From contig CAVQEQ010000001.1 in NCBI GenBank assembly GCA_963711565.1, forward strand, positions 352,001 through 416,000: a stretch of 64,000 bases of DNA, given 5' to 3'. This document shows positions 18,213 to 27,511 of this stretch, in pieces. The position numbers were made by a program, and so were the translations under genes. This DNA comes from an uncultured delta proteobacterium. GTDB taxonomy: Bacteria > Desulfobacterota > Binatia > Binatales > Binataceae. The notes beneath the pieces are model-generated. The model was not told the DNA's origin and made no database searches. It was given only the letters and a program-made list of their open reading frames with translations. The number at the start of each line of letters is the position of its first letter. Position 1 is the first letter of the stretch.

Positions 18213-19064
18213 TCAACTCCTCGCGATTACTTCGGCGCCGAATTTTTCCATCGCCGCGAGATGATCGCGGGTCGTCGCGGCCGGCCCGACGATTATTCGT
18301 GACACGCCCATCGCGGCGAATTTTTCGATATCTCCCGCCTTCAATTGTTCGCGCAGCCGGCTGACCGTAATTTCCAGCGGCACTGTCCGATCCGCCGCGC
18401 GCTCATGCTCGCGCAGGCGCTTGATCGTCGCCGCGATCTCGTCGTTACCCTCCGCGATTCCGTACCAGCCGTCGCCGAGTTTCGCCGCCCGCTTGAGGGA
18501 AGGTTCGGTATTGCCGCCGAATACGATCGGCGGATGCGGCTTTTGCGCGGGCTTGGGCATGAACTTGAATCCTTGGACGCTGATCGTTTTGCCGTGATAT
18601 TCCGGCGAATCCTTAGTCCAAAGCTCCTTCATCAGCGCGAGATATTCGCGCGTGCGCAGGGCGCGGTCCTTGAAGTTCATTCCGACTCCTTCGAACTCCT
18701 CTTCGAGCCATCCGATCCCGACGCCGAAAATAAAGCGCCCGCCGGAAAGCACGTCCAGGCTGACGACCGCCTTGGCAGTCGTAAAGGCGTTACGAATCGG
18801 CAGCACAAAAACTCCGGTTGCCAGCCGAATCTTCGTCGTGACGCCGGCGACATACGCCAGCGCCAGCAAGGGATCGTGCAGGGGCGTCTCCGGCGGCGCG
18901 CCCATCCTTCCTGTAGAAGAATACGGATACGGCGAGCGGTACGTTACCGGCAAAATAATATGCTCGGGGATCCAGAGCGATTCGAAGCCGCTCTCCTCGG
19001 CTTTGCGAGCGACCGCCGCGATACTGTTAGGCGATGTTTGATACAAGAATGTGCCGAATTTCAT
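18213..19064 (-). CDS. LLM-class (F420-dependent-type) oxidoreductase
   Basis: GFESLWIPEH, LDVLSGGRFIFGVGIGW, PKPAQKPHPPI, RAAKLGDGW. Confidence 0.9.
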   Translation of the reverse strand: MKFGTFLYQTSPNSIAAVARKAEESGFESLWIPEHIILPVTYRSPYPYSSTGRMGAPPETPLHDPLLALAYVAGVTTKIRLATGVFVLPIRNAFTTAKAVVSLDVLSGGRFIFGVGIGWLEEEFEGVGMNFKDRALRTREYLALMKELWTKDSPEYHGKTISVQGFKFMPKPAQKPHPPIVFGGNTEPSLKRAAKLGDGWYGIAEGNDEIAATIKRLREHERAADRTVPLEITVSRLREQLKAGDIEKFAAMGVSRIIVGPAATTRDHLAAMEKFGAEVIARS

Positions 19065-19100
19065 TGGGTTTAACCGCCTGCGCGCGAGATTTTTACAATC

Positions 19101-20525
19101 CTAATCAGTTTCCAGCTTCACCGCGAAGACCGCCGGATCCTCGATCGTGCGCAAATCGAGATGGAACGAATCGTCGAGCACACGCCCGATTATTCGCGCG
19201 CGCCGGAACATCGCGGTGATCGCGCTGGCTGATTTCTCGGGATGCGTCACCCGCAGCGCAACCGACTTCAACTCCTCGACCGGCATCGCGCCCGAGCCGA
19301 CCTGCGAGGACGCATCGACAATCTCGACGATGTAGCCGGCGCCGAGCCGTTCCGCCACGATCTCCCGCGCGCGCGGCGCGATAGACGCAATCTCACTCGC
19401 GCTGCGTCCCAGGATTCGAAGTGTTGGCAACTCTCCCCGCAAATCGCGCGAGCGAAGATACAGCCGCATCGTCGCCGCCAGCGCCGCCAGCGTCAGCTTG
19501 TCGCATCGCAGCGCACGCTTCAGCGGATTGCGCTTGATTCGATCGATCGCGGCGCGCCTCCCCACGATCACGCCCGCCTGCGGACCGCCAAGCAGCTTGT
19601 CGCCCGAGAACGTGACGACAGCAGCGCCCGCGGCGATTCGCTCGCGCACAATCGGTTCGCGCGGAATCCCGTACTCGGTCAGATCGATCAGCGCACCCGC
19701 GCCAAGATCCTCCATCACGTCGATTCCGCGGGCGCGGCCGATCTCAACCAGATCTTCCAGCGTCACTTCGCTGGTGAAGCCGACGACGCGGTAATTTGAC
19801 GGATGGACTTTCAGCAACAGCGCGGTTTCAGTGCCGATCGCATCAGCATAGTCGCGCGGATGCGTTCGATTGGTGGTCCCGACCTCGCGCAGAATCGCGC
19901 CGCTCTTGGCCATCACGTCGGGCAATCGAAACGAACCGCCAATCTCGATCATCTCGCCGCGCGACACTATTACTTCGCGCCCCTCGGCGAGCGAGTTGAG
20001 CGCGAGCACGACCGCCGCGGCGTTGTTGTTTACGACGGTCGCACCCTCGGCTCCGGTCAGAGCGCAAATCTCGTCCTCGACGATCGAATCGCGGTCGCCG
20101 CGCCCGCCGGTTTCGAGATCGTATTCGAGGTTGACCGCTGATCGCGCGGCCATCTCGACCGCCTCGATCGCAGGTTCAGCGAGAATCGCGCGACCGAGAT
20201 TCGTATGCAGCACGACTCCGGTCGCGTTGACGACCGGCTCAAGCACTGGTTCATCGGCCGCCGCTGCACGCGCGACCTCGCGCACGATCGCGTCGATCAG
20301 AGTGTCGCGGGCGCGCGGATGCGTGTCGCGTCCCGAGAGAATCGCGGCGCGCAGTTCAGCCTGCGCGCGCTGCAGCATGACTTTGAGGTAGCTCCGGCCG
20401 AATCTCGCAAGCTCTGGATTAGCTTCCGCAGCGCGAAGGCATTCGTCGATCTGTGGCAGCGCGCGAATCGACTCCGCGCGCTTGTCAGCATCGGCGTCAC
20501 GATTCTTTCGCGAGTGTTTCGGCAC
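19101..20525 (-). CDS. selA: L-seryl-tRNA(Sec) selenium transferase
   Basis: NATGVVLHTNLGRA, SRGEMIEIGGSFRLP, EVGTTNRT, FSGDKLLGGPQAG. Confidence 0.95.
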   Translation of the reverse strand: MPKHSRKNRDADADKRAESIRALPQIDECLRAAEANPELARFGRSYLKVMLQRAQAELRAAILSGRDTHPRARDTLIDAIVREVARAAAADEPVLEPVVNATGVVLHTNLGRAILAEPAIEAVEMAARSAVNLEYDLETGGRGDRDSIVEDEICALTGAEGATVVNNNAAAVVLALNSLAEGREVIVSRGEMIEIGGSFRLPDVMAKSGAILREVGTTNRTHPRDYADAIGTETALLLKVHPSNYRVVGFTSEVTLEDLVEIGRARGIDVMEDLGAGALIDLTEYGIPREPIVRERIAAGAAVVTFSGDKLLGGPQAGVIVGRRAAIDRIKRNPLKRALRCDKLTLAALAATMRLYLRSRDLRGELPTLRILGRSASEIASIAPRAREIVAERLGAGYIVEIVDASSQVGSGAMPVEELKSVALRVTHPEKSASAITAMFRRARIIGRVLDDSFHLDLRTIEDPAVFAVKLETD

Positions 20526-20546
20526 GGGGGCTAGATTATCCTAATC

Positions 20547-20567
20547 ACCTCTCACCTCGGGAGAGGT
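20547..20567. repeat. Short REP-like hairpin (acctctc...gagaggt)
   Basis: Similar hairpin acctctcc...ggagaggt at about 58100-58123; both are preceded by cctaa. Confidence 0.4.
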
Positions 20568-20585
20568 AAAGAAAGGAACTCTCGA

Positions 20586-21902
20586 CTAAGCGGGTTGCTG
20601 CTCTATTTCCTCCTGCGCTCGTGCGATCAACTTCAGCTTGGTCAGCAACAGAAAGCCGCACAGCAGCGAGAACGCCGCGCAGAAATACACCGCCGCGCGC
20701 GGGCTCGCATGCTCGCCGATATAGCCAACCGCCAGGCTGCCGATAGGAGCGGTGCCGATGAACGACAGCGTGTAGATACTCATCACGCGGCCGCGCAGTT
20801 CGTCGGTGACGAACAGCTGCAGGAGAGTGTTAGTCGTCACCATGTGATTCATCAGGCCGACCCCAATCAACATCTGCGTGAGCAACGAGAGCCACATCCA
20901 GGTTGACGCGCCGAAGCCTGCGGTCGCGATCGCCATCAGAAAGATGCCGAAGACCAGGTTCTGCCGCAGCGCTTTGGGAGCCGTCGAGCGCACGTTCATC
21001 ACGATCGCGCTTATCACCGCGCCCAACCCCTGCGCCGCCATCAGAAAGCCGTAGCCGTGCGCGCCGACGTGCAGCAGGTCGCGCGCGAACAGGGGGATCA
21101 ACACCGAGTACTGCATCCCGATTCCCATGTTGATCGCGACCAGCACCATCAGCCACAGGGTCGGGCGATGCTTCCATACGTAGGACAGGCCGAGGCGGAC
21201 TTGCCGCATCATGGTGGCGCCGAATTCGCGCCGCTCTCGCCGCGGCAAATTCATCTCGAACAGGCTCCAGATGACGGCGAGATAGCTCAGGCCGTTGAGC
21301 ATGAAGCAGCCGGCGATGCCGATCACGGCGAGCGACAGGCCGGCGATCGCGGGTCCGATCATGCGCGCGCCGTTGAAGATCATCGAGTTCATCGAGATCG
21401 CGTTGGGCAAATCCTCGCGCCCAACCATCTCGACTACGAAGGCCTGCCGCCCCGGCATGTCGAATGAACTGACAAGCCCGTTGAGCGCGGCCAGCGCGAT
21501 CACATATTCGACTTTGACGACGCCGGCCCACGTCAATCCTGCGAGCACGAACGCGCTGAGCATCAAGAGCGTCTGAGCGCCGATAATCAGGCGGCGACGA
21601 TCGACGTGATCGACCACCACGCCGGCGAACAACGCGACCAGCACGATCGGCATGAAGCCGGCAAACGACACGACACCGAGCATCAACGATGAGTTCGTGA
21701 GCTTCAGAACGAGCCACGATTGCGCGACCATCTGCATCCAGGTGCCGATCAGCGAGATCAGCTGCCCGACGAAGAAGAGCCTGAAATTGCGATGCCGCAG
21801 CGCACGGAACGCGGTGAGCCGGCCGCCCCAGTTGTCCTGCGCGGGAACGTCCCCACCCGCCTCATCAACCTCGGCGGCTTCTATTTCCGGAACGGTATCG
21901 AT
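20586..21902 (-). CDS. MFS transporter (MFS_3/DUF894-like); start uncertain
   Basis: In-frame FRALRHRNFRLFFVGQLISLIGTWMQ lies upstream of the tracked start (21737). No ATG/GTG/TTG precedes it; the best candidate start is ATC at 21902. Confidence 0.85.
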   Translation of the reverse strand: MDTVPEIEAAEVDEAGGDVPAQDNWGGRLTAFRALRHRNFRLFFVGQLISLIGTWMQMVAQSWLVLKLTNSSLMLGVVSFAGFMPIVLVALFAGVVVDHVDRRRLIIGAQTLLMLSAFVLAGLTWAGVVKVEYVIALAALNGLVSSFDMPGRQAFVVEMVGREDLPNAISMNSMIFNGARMIGPAIAGLSLAVIGIAGCFMLNGLSYLAVIWSLFEMNLPRRERREFGATMMRQVRLGLSYVWKHRPTLWLMVLVAINMGIGMQYSVLIPLFARDLLHVGAHGYGFLMAAQGLGAVISAIVMNVRSTAPKALRQNLVFGIFLMAIATAGFGASTWMWLSLLTQMLIGVGLMNHMVTTNTLLQLFVTDELRGRVMSIYTLSFIGTAPIGSLAVGYIGEHASPRAAVYFCAAFSLLCGFLLLTKLKLIARAQEEIEQQPA

Positions 21903-22002
21903 GGCGCTATCCCAGGAATTCTGAACTCCCCTACTTTGCCAGAGCCAATTTCTCTAATCGAGTACCTTGCCGCGATGACCTCTCTTTGCAACCCTGCCCT
22001 CT

Positions 22003-23913
22003 GTGACTGACGCACTTCTGTCGCGAATCGAGATCCGCTTTCTCGACGCTGCGAGCAATCCGCGGGCGCTCGCTCTCGATGCGCCCACTGCCGCGCGCGA
22101 GTCGAGCACTATTCGCGACGGGATCGGCATCTCGGCAAATCTCGAACACGCGCTCGGTGGTACGATCGTCCGCACGACGATCGCCAATCGTGGCGGTGAC
22201 ACCGTCCGACTCAGGTCCGCAATCTTCGAAGTCTCGACCGGCTTCGCGCCGGGCGCACCCGCGCGCTTTTTCAAGCACGGCTACCAGTCATGGAGCGCGT
22301 CGGGCGGGCACGTTGTCGCAGCGGCGCAAACCCATCCACGAGACACCGCGCACTTCATCACGCGCGTCAATCATCAGAGCGAAACGACTCGACCGCCTGA
22401 ATTCCCCGAGGCGCAGACCTCCGAACTTTTCACGATCGTCGAAAGTAGCAATGCAAGCGGGCGCGTGCTGGCCGGATTCATCGGCGCCGCCACTTCGCTC
22501 TCTACTCTCACCGTCTCGAGCCCTGAAAAAATAGTCGCACGCGCGATCCTCGACGATGTAAGCCTCGCACCGGGCGCGCATCGCGAACTCGATCCGTTGT
22601 TCATCGCGACTGGCGATGAATCCGCCGCGCGCTTTGCCGCGCGATGGGCCGACGCAACCGGCCGATGGATGAACGCACGCGTGAGCGCGCCGTTCCAGCG
22701 CGGGTGGTGTTCCTGGTACCACTACTTTCACGCGATCATCGAGGACGCGCTCCGCGCGAACCTCAAATCGCTTGAGGCGATGCGCTCGGAGTTTCCGCTC
22801 GACGTAATCCAGCTCGACGACGGCTTTCAATCCGCGCTGGGTGATTGGGATACCACCAACGCGAAGTTTCCGGGCGGTCTCAGGAAAATCGCCGGCGAAA
22901 TCCGCGCCGCAGGCTTCAAAGCCGGCATCTGGACCGCGCCGTTTCTTGCCGCCCGCGATTCGCGCCTGATGTCGCATCATCCAGACTGGTTCATCATGCA
23001 CGCGGAGAGCGGCGAACCCGTCCGCGCCGGCCACAATCCGAACTGGACCGCGAGCGACGACAAGTTCGCGTACGCGCTCGACGCGAGCAACCCGGCGTTC
23101 CGCGCGCACCTGCATCGGCTGTTCGCGAAGCTCACGCGCGAATTCGGCTTCTCGTATCTGAAGCTCGATTTTCTCTATGCCGCCGCAGCGCCGGGCCGTC
23201 ATCACGATCCAAACCTCACGCGCGGCGAGACTTTGCGCCGAGGCCTCGAGGCGATTCGCGCCGGCGCGGGCGACGACGCGTTCATCCTCGGATGCGGCTG
23301 CCCAATTGGACAGGCGATCGGTGTCGTGGACGGGATGCGCATCGGGCCCGACGTTTCGCCGTATTGGGGCTCGACGGCTTCCGGAGCGGGCGATCCGTCC
23401 ACGGTTTACGCACTCGACGCGATCATCGCGCGCAGCTTTATGCATCGCCGTCTGTGGCTGAACGACCCCGACTGCCTGATGCTGCGGGCGCGCGAAACGC
23501 GCCTCACCGCCGACGAGCGCGCCGCGCTGGCCGCAACGATAGTCGGCAGCGGCGGGATGCTGCTAATTTCCGACGACATGAGCCTGCTCGACGCCGAAGC
23601 CGGAAAACTATTTCGCGCCGTCGCGCAAATCGCCGAAGAGATCGATTCAAACTGCGCGCAGGAGCCGGTGTTGGCGCTCGATCTGATGACTAACGGCGAC
23701 GTTCGCGGACTGATCAGCAAAAATGCCGACGGCGGCGCGATCGCGATGCTCCTGAACCGCGGCGATGCCCCTGCCCGCGTTGATCGATCCGATCTAAAGC
23801 TGGGAACCGCGGAGATTGTCGCACTCGATCTCGCCGTCGACGAGAAAATTGAAATCTTCGATACGATCGATCTGCCGCCGCACTCCGCGAGGATTCTTAG
23901 AGTCAGCCGCTAG
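22003..23913 (+). CDS. Alpha-galactosidase (GH36 family)
   Basis: GWCSWY, IQLDDGFQ, YLKLDFLY, ILGCGCP, MRIGPDV, WLNDPDCL. Confidence 0.9.
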   Translation: MTDALLSRIEIRFLDAASNPRALALDAPTAARESSTIRDGIGISANLEHALGGTIVRTTIANRGGDTVRLRSAIFEVSTGFAPGAPARFFKHGYQSWSASGGHVVAAAQTHPRDTAHFITRVNHQSETTRPPEFPEAQTSELFTIVESSNASGRVLAGFIGAATSLSTLTVSSPEKIVARAILDDVSLAPGAHRELDPLFIATGDESAARFAARWADATGRWMNARVSAPFQRGWCSWYHYFHAIIEDALRANLKSLEAMRSEFPLDVIQLDDGFQSALGDWDTTNAKFPGGLRKIAGEIRAAGFKAGIWTAPFLAARDSRLMSHHPDWFIMHAESGEPVRAGHNPNWTASDDKFAYALDASNPAFRAHLHRLFAKLTREFGFSYLKLDFLYAAAAPGRHHDPNLTRGETLRRGLEAIRAGAGDDAFILGCGCPIGQAIGVVDGMRIGPDVSPYWGSTASGAGDPSTVYALDAIIARSFMHRRLWLNDPDCLMLRARETRLTADERAALAATIVGSGGMLLISDDMSLLDAEAGKLFRAVAQIAEEIDSNCAQEPVLALDLMTNGDVRGLISKNADGGAIAMLLNRGDAPARVDRSDLKLGTAEIVALDLAVDEKIEIFDTIDLPPHSARILRVSR

Positions 23914-23947
23914 CGTGCCGGATGCATCATTCTGGCGCAGTTCCTTT

Positions 23948-24045
23948 TGTCATTCAGAGCGGAGTCTGCGAAGCGAAGAATCCCGGAAGCTCTGCGGTGG
24001 CGAGCGTGGCGCCGGGATTCTTCGCCGCGGCGGCTCTGAATGACA
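23948..24045. repeat. 98-bp palindromic REP/MITE-like element
   Basis: Nested perfect inverted repeats tgtcattcagagc/gctctgaatgaca and gcgaagaatcccgg/ccgggattcttcgc, between convergent genes. Confidence 0.8.
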
Positions 24046-24057
24046 GAAGCGAAAAGA

Positions 24058-25443
24058 TCAGAGCGAAACGTGCGCCAGATCGATCACGCTCGCGCCTGCG
24101 CCCGCATGCAAGACGGCTCGCGAATTCTCAACCGGCGCGACAGGGTCCAGCTTCGCATAGTAGCCGCGATCGATCGATTCAATCACCGCGTCCGCGCCCG
24201 CCACTTCGCACAGCGCGACAATCGAGCCGCCGAAGCCCGCGCCCGTCAGCCGCGCGCCGAGGGCGCCGCCGCGCCGCGCGCATTCCACGATTGCGTCGAG
24301 GCGGTTCGTGCTGCATTCAAAGTCGCCGGCGAGACTTTGATGCGACGCATCCATCAATGTTCCCATTTCGTCGAGGCGGCCCGCCGCGAGCACGTCCGCC
24401 GCACCAATTACCCGCTCAGTCTCGCTCAGCACGTGCCGCGCACGCTTCAGAATTTCCAGAGGGCGGTTCAAGTCCAATGCGATTCGCGTCGATCCATGTC
24501 CAAGCAACTCGGCATCGAGCGCCGACTGGGTCACGCGCAGGATGCTCGCCGCCTCTTTCAGATCAGCGCCGAGCCGCGCTGGCGACGCTGCCGCAAGTTT
24601 CTCGACGAGTTCTGCCGCGTTCCATTCCGGCAATGCGCGAACCACGTCGCCAAGAACTGTCACGCCGTCGAGCTTGAGTGCGCGCCCGAGAATTCGCGCT
24701 GCCAACGAGCATTCGACGACGCGCCGATTATATTCGGCGCGCACCGTGCCCGACTTGTCCGCGATTTCGCGGCTATCCGCCACGACCAGAGCCGCGTTCG
24801 CCGGCATCTTTACCGCGCGTGCACGGATCGGAGCGAATTCGATAAACAGAGCATGGTCGCGGCGCCCGAGAATCGACACCGTCTGGTCCATCGCGCCCCC
24901 ATGCGTCCCGACGTACCGTTCGCTGCGCGCAACCATCGTCGCGGTGTCGATCGGTTCGAGCTCGATTTGGTTGATTGCCATGAAGGCCAGCGCGGTCGAA
25001 ACCGTGAGCGCCGACGATGACGACAATCCTGACCCCGGCGGCACGCGGCTGCCCACGACCATCGACGCGCCCCGCCATTTGCCGCGAGCCGCGAAGCGAT
25101 CGATAACTCCCTGGATCGCGGCCTTCACGTAGTTCGCCCAATCGCCGCTGTCATACGGTGGTATCTGCCGTTCGATTGCGAAACGGCGCGAGGGCCACGC
25201 AGAGTCGGCGTTCGCCACTTCGATTTCGCCGGTCTGGTTGGCGGCAGCGATGACGATTGTGGATCGATCGATCGCAACCGGCAGCACGGGCAGGCCGCTG
25301 TAGTCCGTATGCTCGCCGATAAGATTGACGCGGCCGGGTGCGCGCGCCGCGAAAATTCGCGCGTCCGCGCCAACGCGGATTTGATCCGCGAGCCGTCTAG
25401 CGCGCGCCAGTTCGTCGGCGTCCCATCCGTCGGGCAGATTCAT
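24058..25443 (-). CDS. galK: Galactokinase
   Basis: APGRVNLIGEHTDY, PPGSGLSSSSAL, GAMDQ, GARLTGAGFGG; ATG overlaps the upstream stop codon. Confidence 0.92.
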   Translation of the reverse strand: MNLPDGWDADELARARRLADQIRVGADARIFAARAPGRVNLIGEHTDYSGLPVLPVAIDRSTIVIAAANQTGEIEVANADSAWPSRRFAIERQIPPYDSGDWANYVKAAIQGVIDRFAARGKWRGASMVVGSRVPPGSGLSSSSALTVSTALAFMAINQIELEPIDTATMVARSERYVGTHGGAMDQTVSILGRRDHALFIEFAPIRARAVKMPANAALVVADSREIADKSGTVRAEYNRRVVECSLAARILGRALKLDGVTVLGDVVRALPEWNAAELVEKLAAASPARLGADLKEAASILRVTQSALDAELLGHGSTRIALDLNRPLEILKRARHVLSETERVIGAADVLAAGRLDEMGTLMDASHQSLAGDFECSTNRLDAIVECARRGGALGARLTGAGFGGSIVALCEVAGADAVIESIDRGYYAKLDPVAPVENSRAVLHAGAGASVIDLAHVSL

Positions 25444-26198
25444 CGCCGCTTCCTTTTTGGCTTGAACCATGCGCGAGCCGCTTCGAGGTCTTCGGGCGTG
25501 CCGACGTCGCTCCAGAAGCCACGCATGTCAACCGCGCGCACGATGCGGCCGTCGGAGATCATTTGCGCGATTGCGGCCGGAAGTTCAAGTTCGCCGCGCG
25601 CCGACAACGTCAGCCGCGCGAGGTAGTCGAAAATCATTTGGCCGGTAGCGAAGAGTCCCGCGTTGTTCCATTCGGTCTTTGCGGTGCTCGGCGCCGGTTT
25701 TTCTTCGAGCCGTTTGACAATCAAGTGCGCGTCCAAGTAAACGGCCGCGCCGCGGAATGGATCCTTGACGCGATTCACCGCTAGCATCAAATCGTACTCA
25801 TCGTTGCGCGCATGATGCACGAACCGCGGATAGTTCGCTCGGTCCATCAGAATGTCGCCCCAGCCGAAGACGAAGCGCGCCTGACCCACGAGATGCGGCT
25901 TCGCAGCGAGCATCGCGCCAGCGGTGCCGTTCAGTTCCGGCTGCCTGACTGTAGTGATTTTGACTCGCGGATTTTCGCGTTGATAGATTTTCGCCCATCC
26001 TTCGATTTGTTCGGACAGGTATCCGGTCACGACGATGAAATCTGAGAGTCCGGCAGCGGCGAGCGCGTCAACGATATGGGAAATCAGTGGCGCGCCCGCG
26101 ATTTCGAGGATTGGTTTCGGCGTGCCCGCCGTCAACGCGCCCAGGCGTTTGCCGCGCCCAGCCGCGAGCAGGACCGCCGTGTTCAATTCCACCGCCAC
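25440..26198 (-). CDS. Sugar-phosphate nucleotidyltransferase family protein
   Basis: LAAGRGKRLG..T..TPKP, EEKP, NAGLF, SARGELEL, WSDVGTPEDL. Confidence 0.88.
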   Translation of the reverse strand: MAVELNTAVLLAAGRGKRLGALTAGTPKPILEIAGAPLISHIVDALAAAGLSDFIVVTGYLSEQIEGWAKIYQRENPRVKITTVRQPELNGTAGAMLAAKPHLVGQARFVFGWGDILMDRANYPRFVHHARNDEYDLMLAVNRVKDPFRGAAVYLDAHLIVKRLEEKPAPSTAKTEWNNAGLFATGQMIFDYLARLTLSARGELELPAAIAQMISDGRIVRAVDMRGFWSDVGTPEDLEAARAWFKPKRKRR

Positions 26199-26281
26199 CC
26201 GCCCAAGATAGCATCGCGGCGACCTTCGGGAATGCTTGGCTGGCGGTATATAGTTGAGTAGAAGTTTAGCGAGAGCCGCAA

Positions 26282-27454
26282 ATGTTTGGTGAGATAAACC
26301 CCCGCAAGAAAGCGCGCGCGCCGTTCATTTCGATTGAGGAAGCGCTCGAGGAGACGCGCCGCGGCCACATGATCATCCTGATGGATGACGAGCAGCGCGA
26401 GAACGAGGGCGACCTCTGCATGGCGGCTGAGAAGGCCACCCCCGAAGCGGTCAACTTCATGGCCAAGTTCGGGCGCGGGCTGATTTGCCTGCCGATGTCG
26501 GCGGAGCGAATCGATCGGCTCGGGCTCAGCATGATGATCGGCGACAACCAGGCGCCGCTCGGCACTGCGTTCACGACGGCGATCACGGCACGGCGCGCGT
26601 CGGGGTCGGGAATCTCTGCGCAGGATCGTTCGACGACGATTCTCCAGGCGGTGCGCGAGGATGCCAGCGGCGCCGAGTTCATCACGCCCGGCTATGTGTA
26701 TCCGCTGCGCGCGCGCGACGGCGGAGTGCTGGTGCGTACCGGGCAGACCGAGGGCGCGGTCGATCTCGCGCGGCTGGCGGGACTCAAGCCGGCGGGCGTC
26801 ATCTGCGAGATTCTGAAGGAAGACGGCACGATGGCGCGGCGCGACGACCTGGTCGAGTTCGCGAAAGTGCACGGGCTCAAGATTGTCACGGTCGCGGACA
26901 TCATCGAGTACCGGCTGCGCAACGAGACGATGGTGCAGCGGATCGCGGAGGCAAAGCTGCCGACCGCGTTCGGCGAGTTCACCGCAATCGTCTACCGCAA
27001 CCTGGTCGACTACACCGAGCACCTGGTGCTGGTGATGGGCAAGGTCGATCCGAAGAAGCCGATCCTCGTCCGGGCGCATCGCGAGTACCTGCCGGGCGAT
27101 GTGTTCGGCTACTCGTTACGCAATACGCGCAACCTGCTGCGGTCGGCCATGGAGCGAATTTCGGCGGCGGGCGAAGGCGTGTTGTTGTATCTCAAGCGCG
27201 AGTCGAACGCGCTGGCGTCGGATTTTGACAGCGGGCGGCCGGCGCGCCGAGCGACGACGCGAGCGAACACGCCCGAGGCTGATTTCCGCGACTACGGAAT
27301 CGGCGCGCAGATTCTGCGCGACGTGGGCGTGCGCAAAATGATCATCATGTCGGACGCGACGCCGCGGCTGGCCAACCTGCCGGGTTACGGATTGGAAATC
27401 GTCGGCTCGGTCCCGCTCTCGACTAACGGCAAGCACAACGCCGCCGCCAAATAG
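26282..27454 (+). CDS. ribB: DHBP synthase fused to a degenerate GTP cyclohydrolase II (RibBX type)
   Basis: DDEQRENEGDL, GLICL, TAFT, VICEI. The C-terminal domain lacks the zinc-binding Cys residues. Confidence 0.88.
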   Translation: MFGEINPRKKARAPFISIEEALEETRRGHMIILMDDEQRENEGDLCMAAEKATPEAVNFMAKFGRGLICLPMSAERIDRLGLSMMIGDNQAPLGTAFTTAITARRASGSGISAQDRSTTILQAVREDASGAEFITPGYVYPLRARDGGVLVRTGQTEGAVDLARLAGLKPAGVICEILKEDGTMARRDDLVEFAKVHGLKIVTVADIIEYRLRNETMVQRIAEAKLPTAFGEFTAIVYRNLVDYTEHLVLVMGKVDPKKPILVRAHREYLPGDVFGYSLRNTRNLLRSAMERISAAGEGVLLYLKRESNALASDFDSGRPARRATTRANTPEADFRDYGIGAQILRDVGVRKMIIMSDATPRLANLPGYGLEIVGSVPLSTNGKHNAAAK

Positions 27455-27511
27455 ATGTACACTGCTCAGGAACCGCGGCGCCGCTCGCATGGTTTAGTTT
27501 TTCGGAAAATC

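Noticed and set aside
19101-20585. Selenocysteine locus or selenoproteins near selA
   Set aside because: No selB, selD or tRNA-Sec recognised. No gene needs in-frame TGA read-through; the glcF TGA results from a frameshift.
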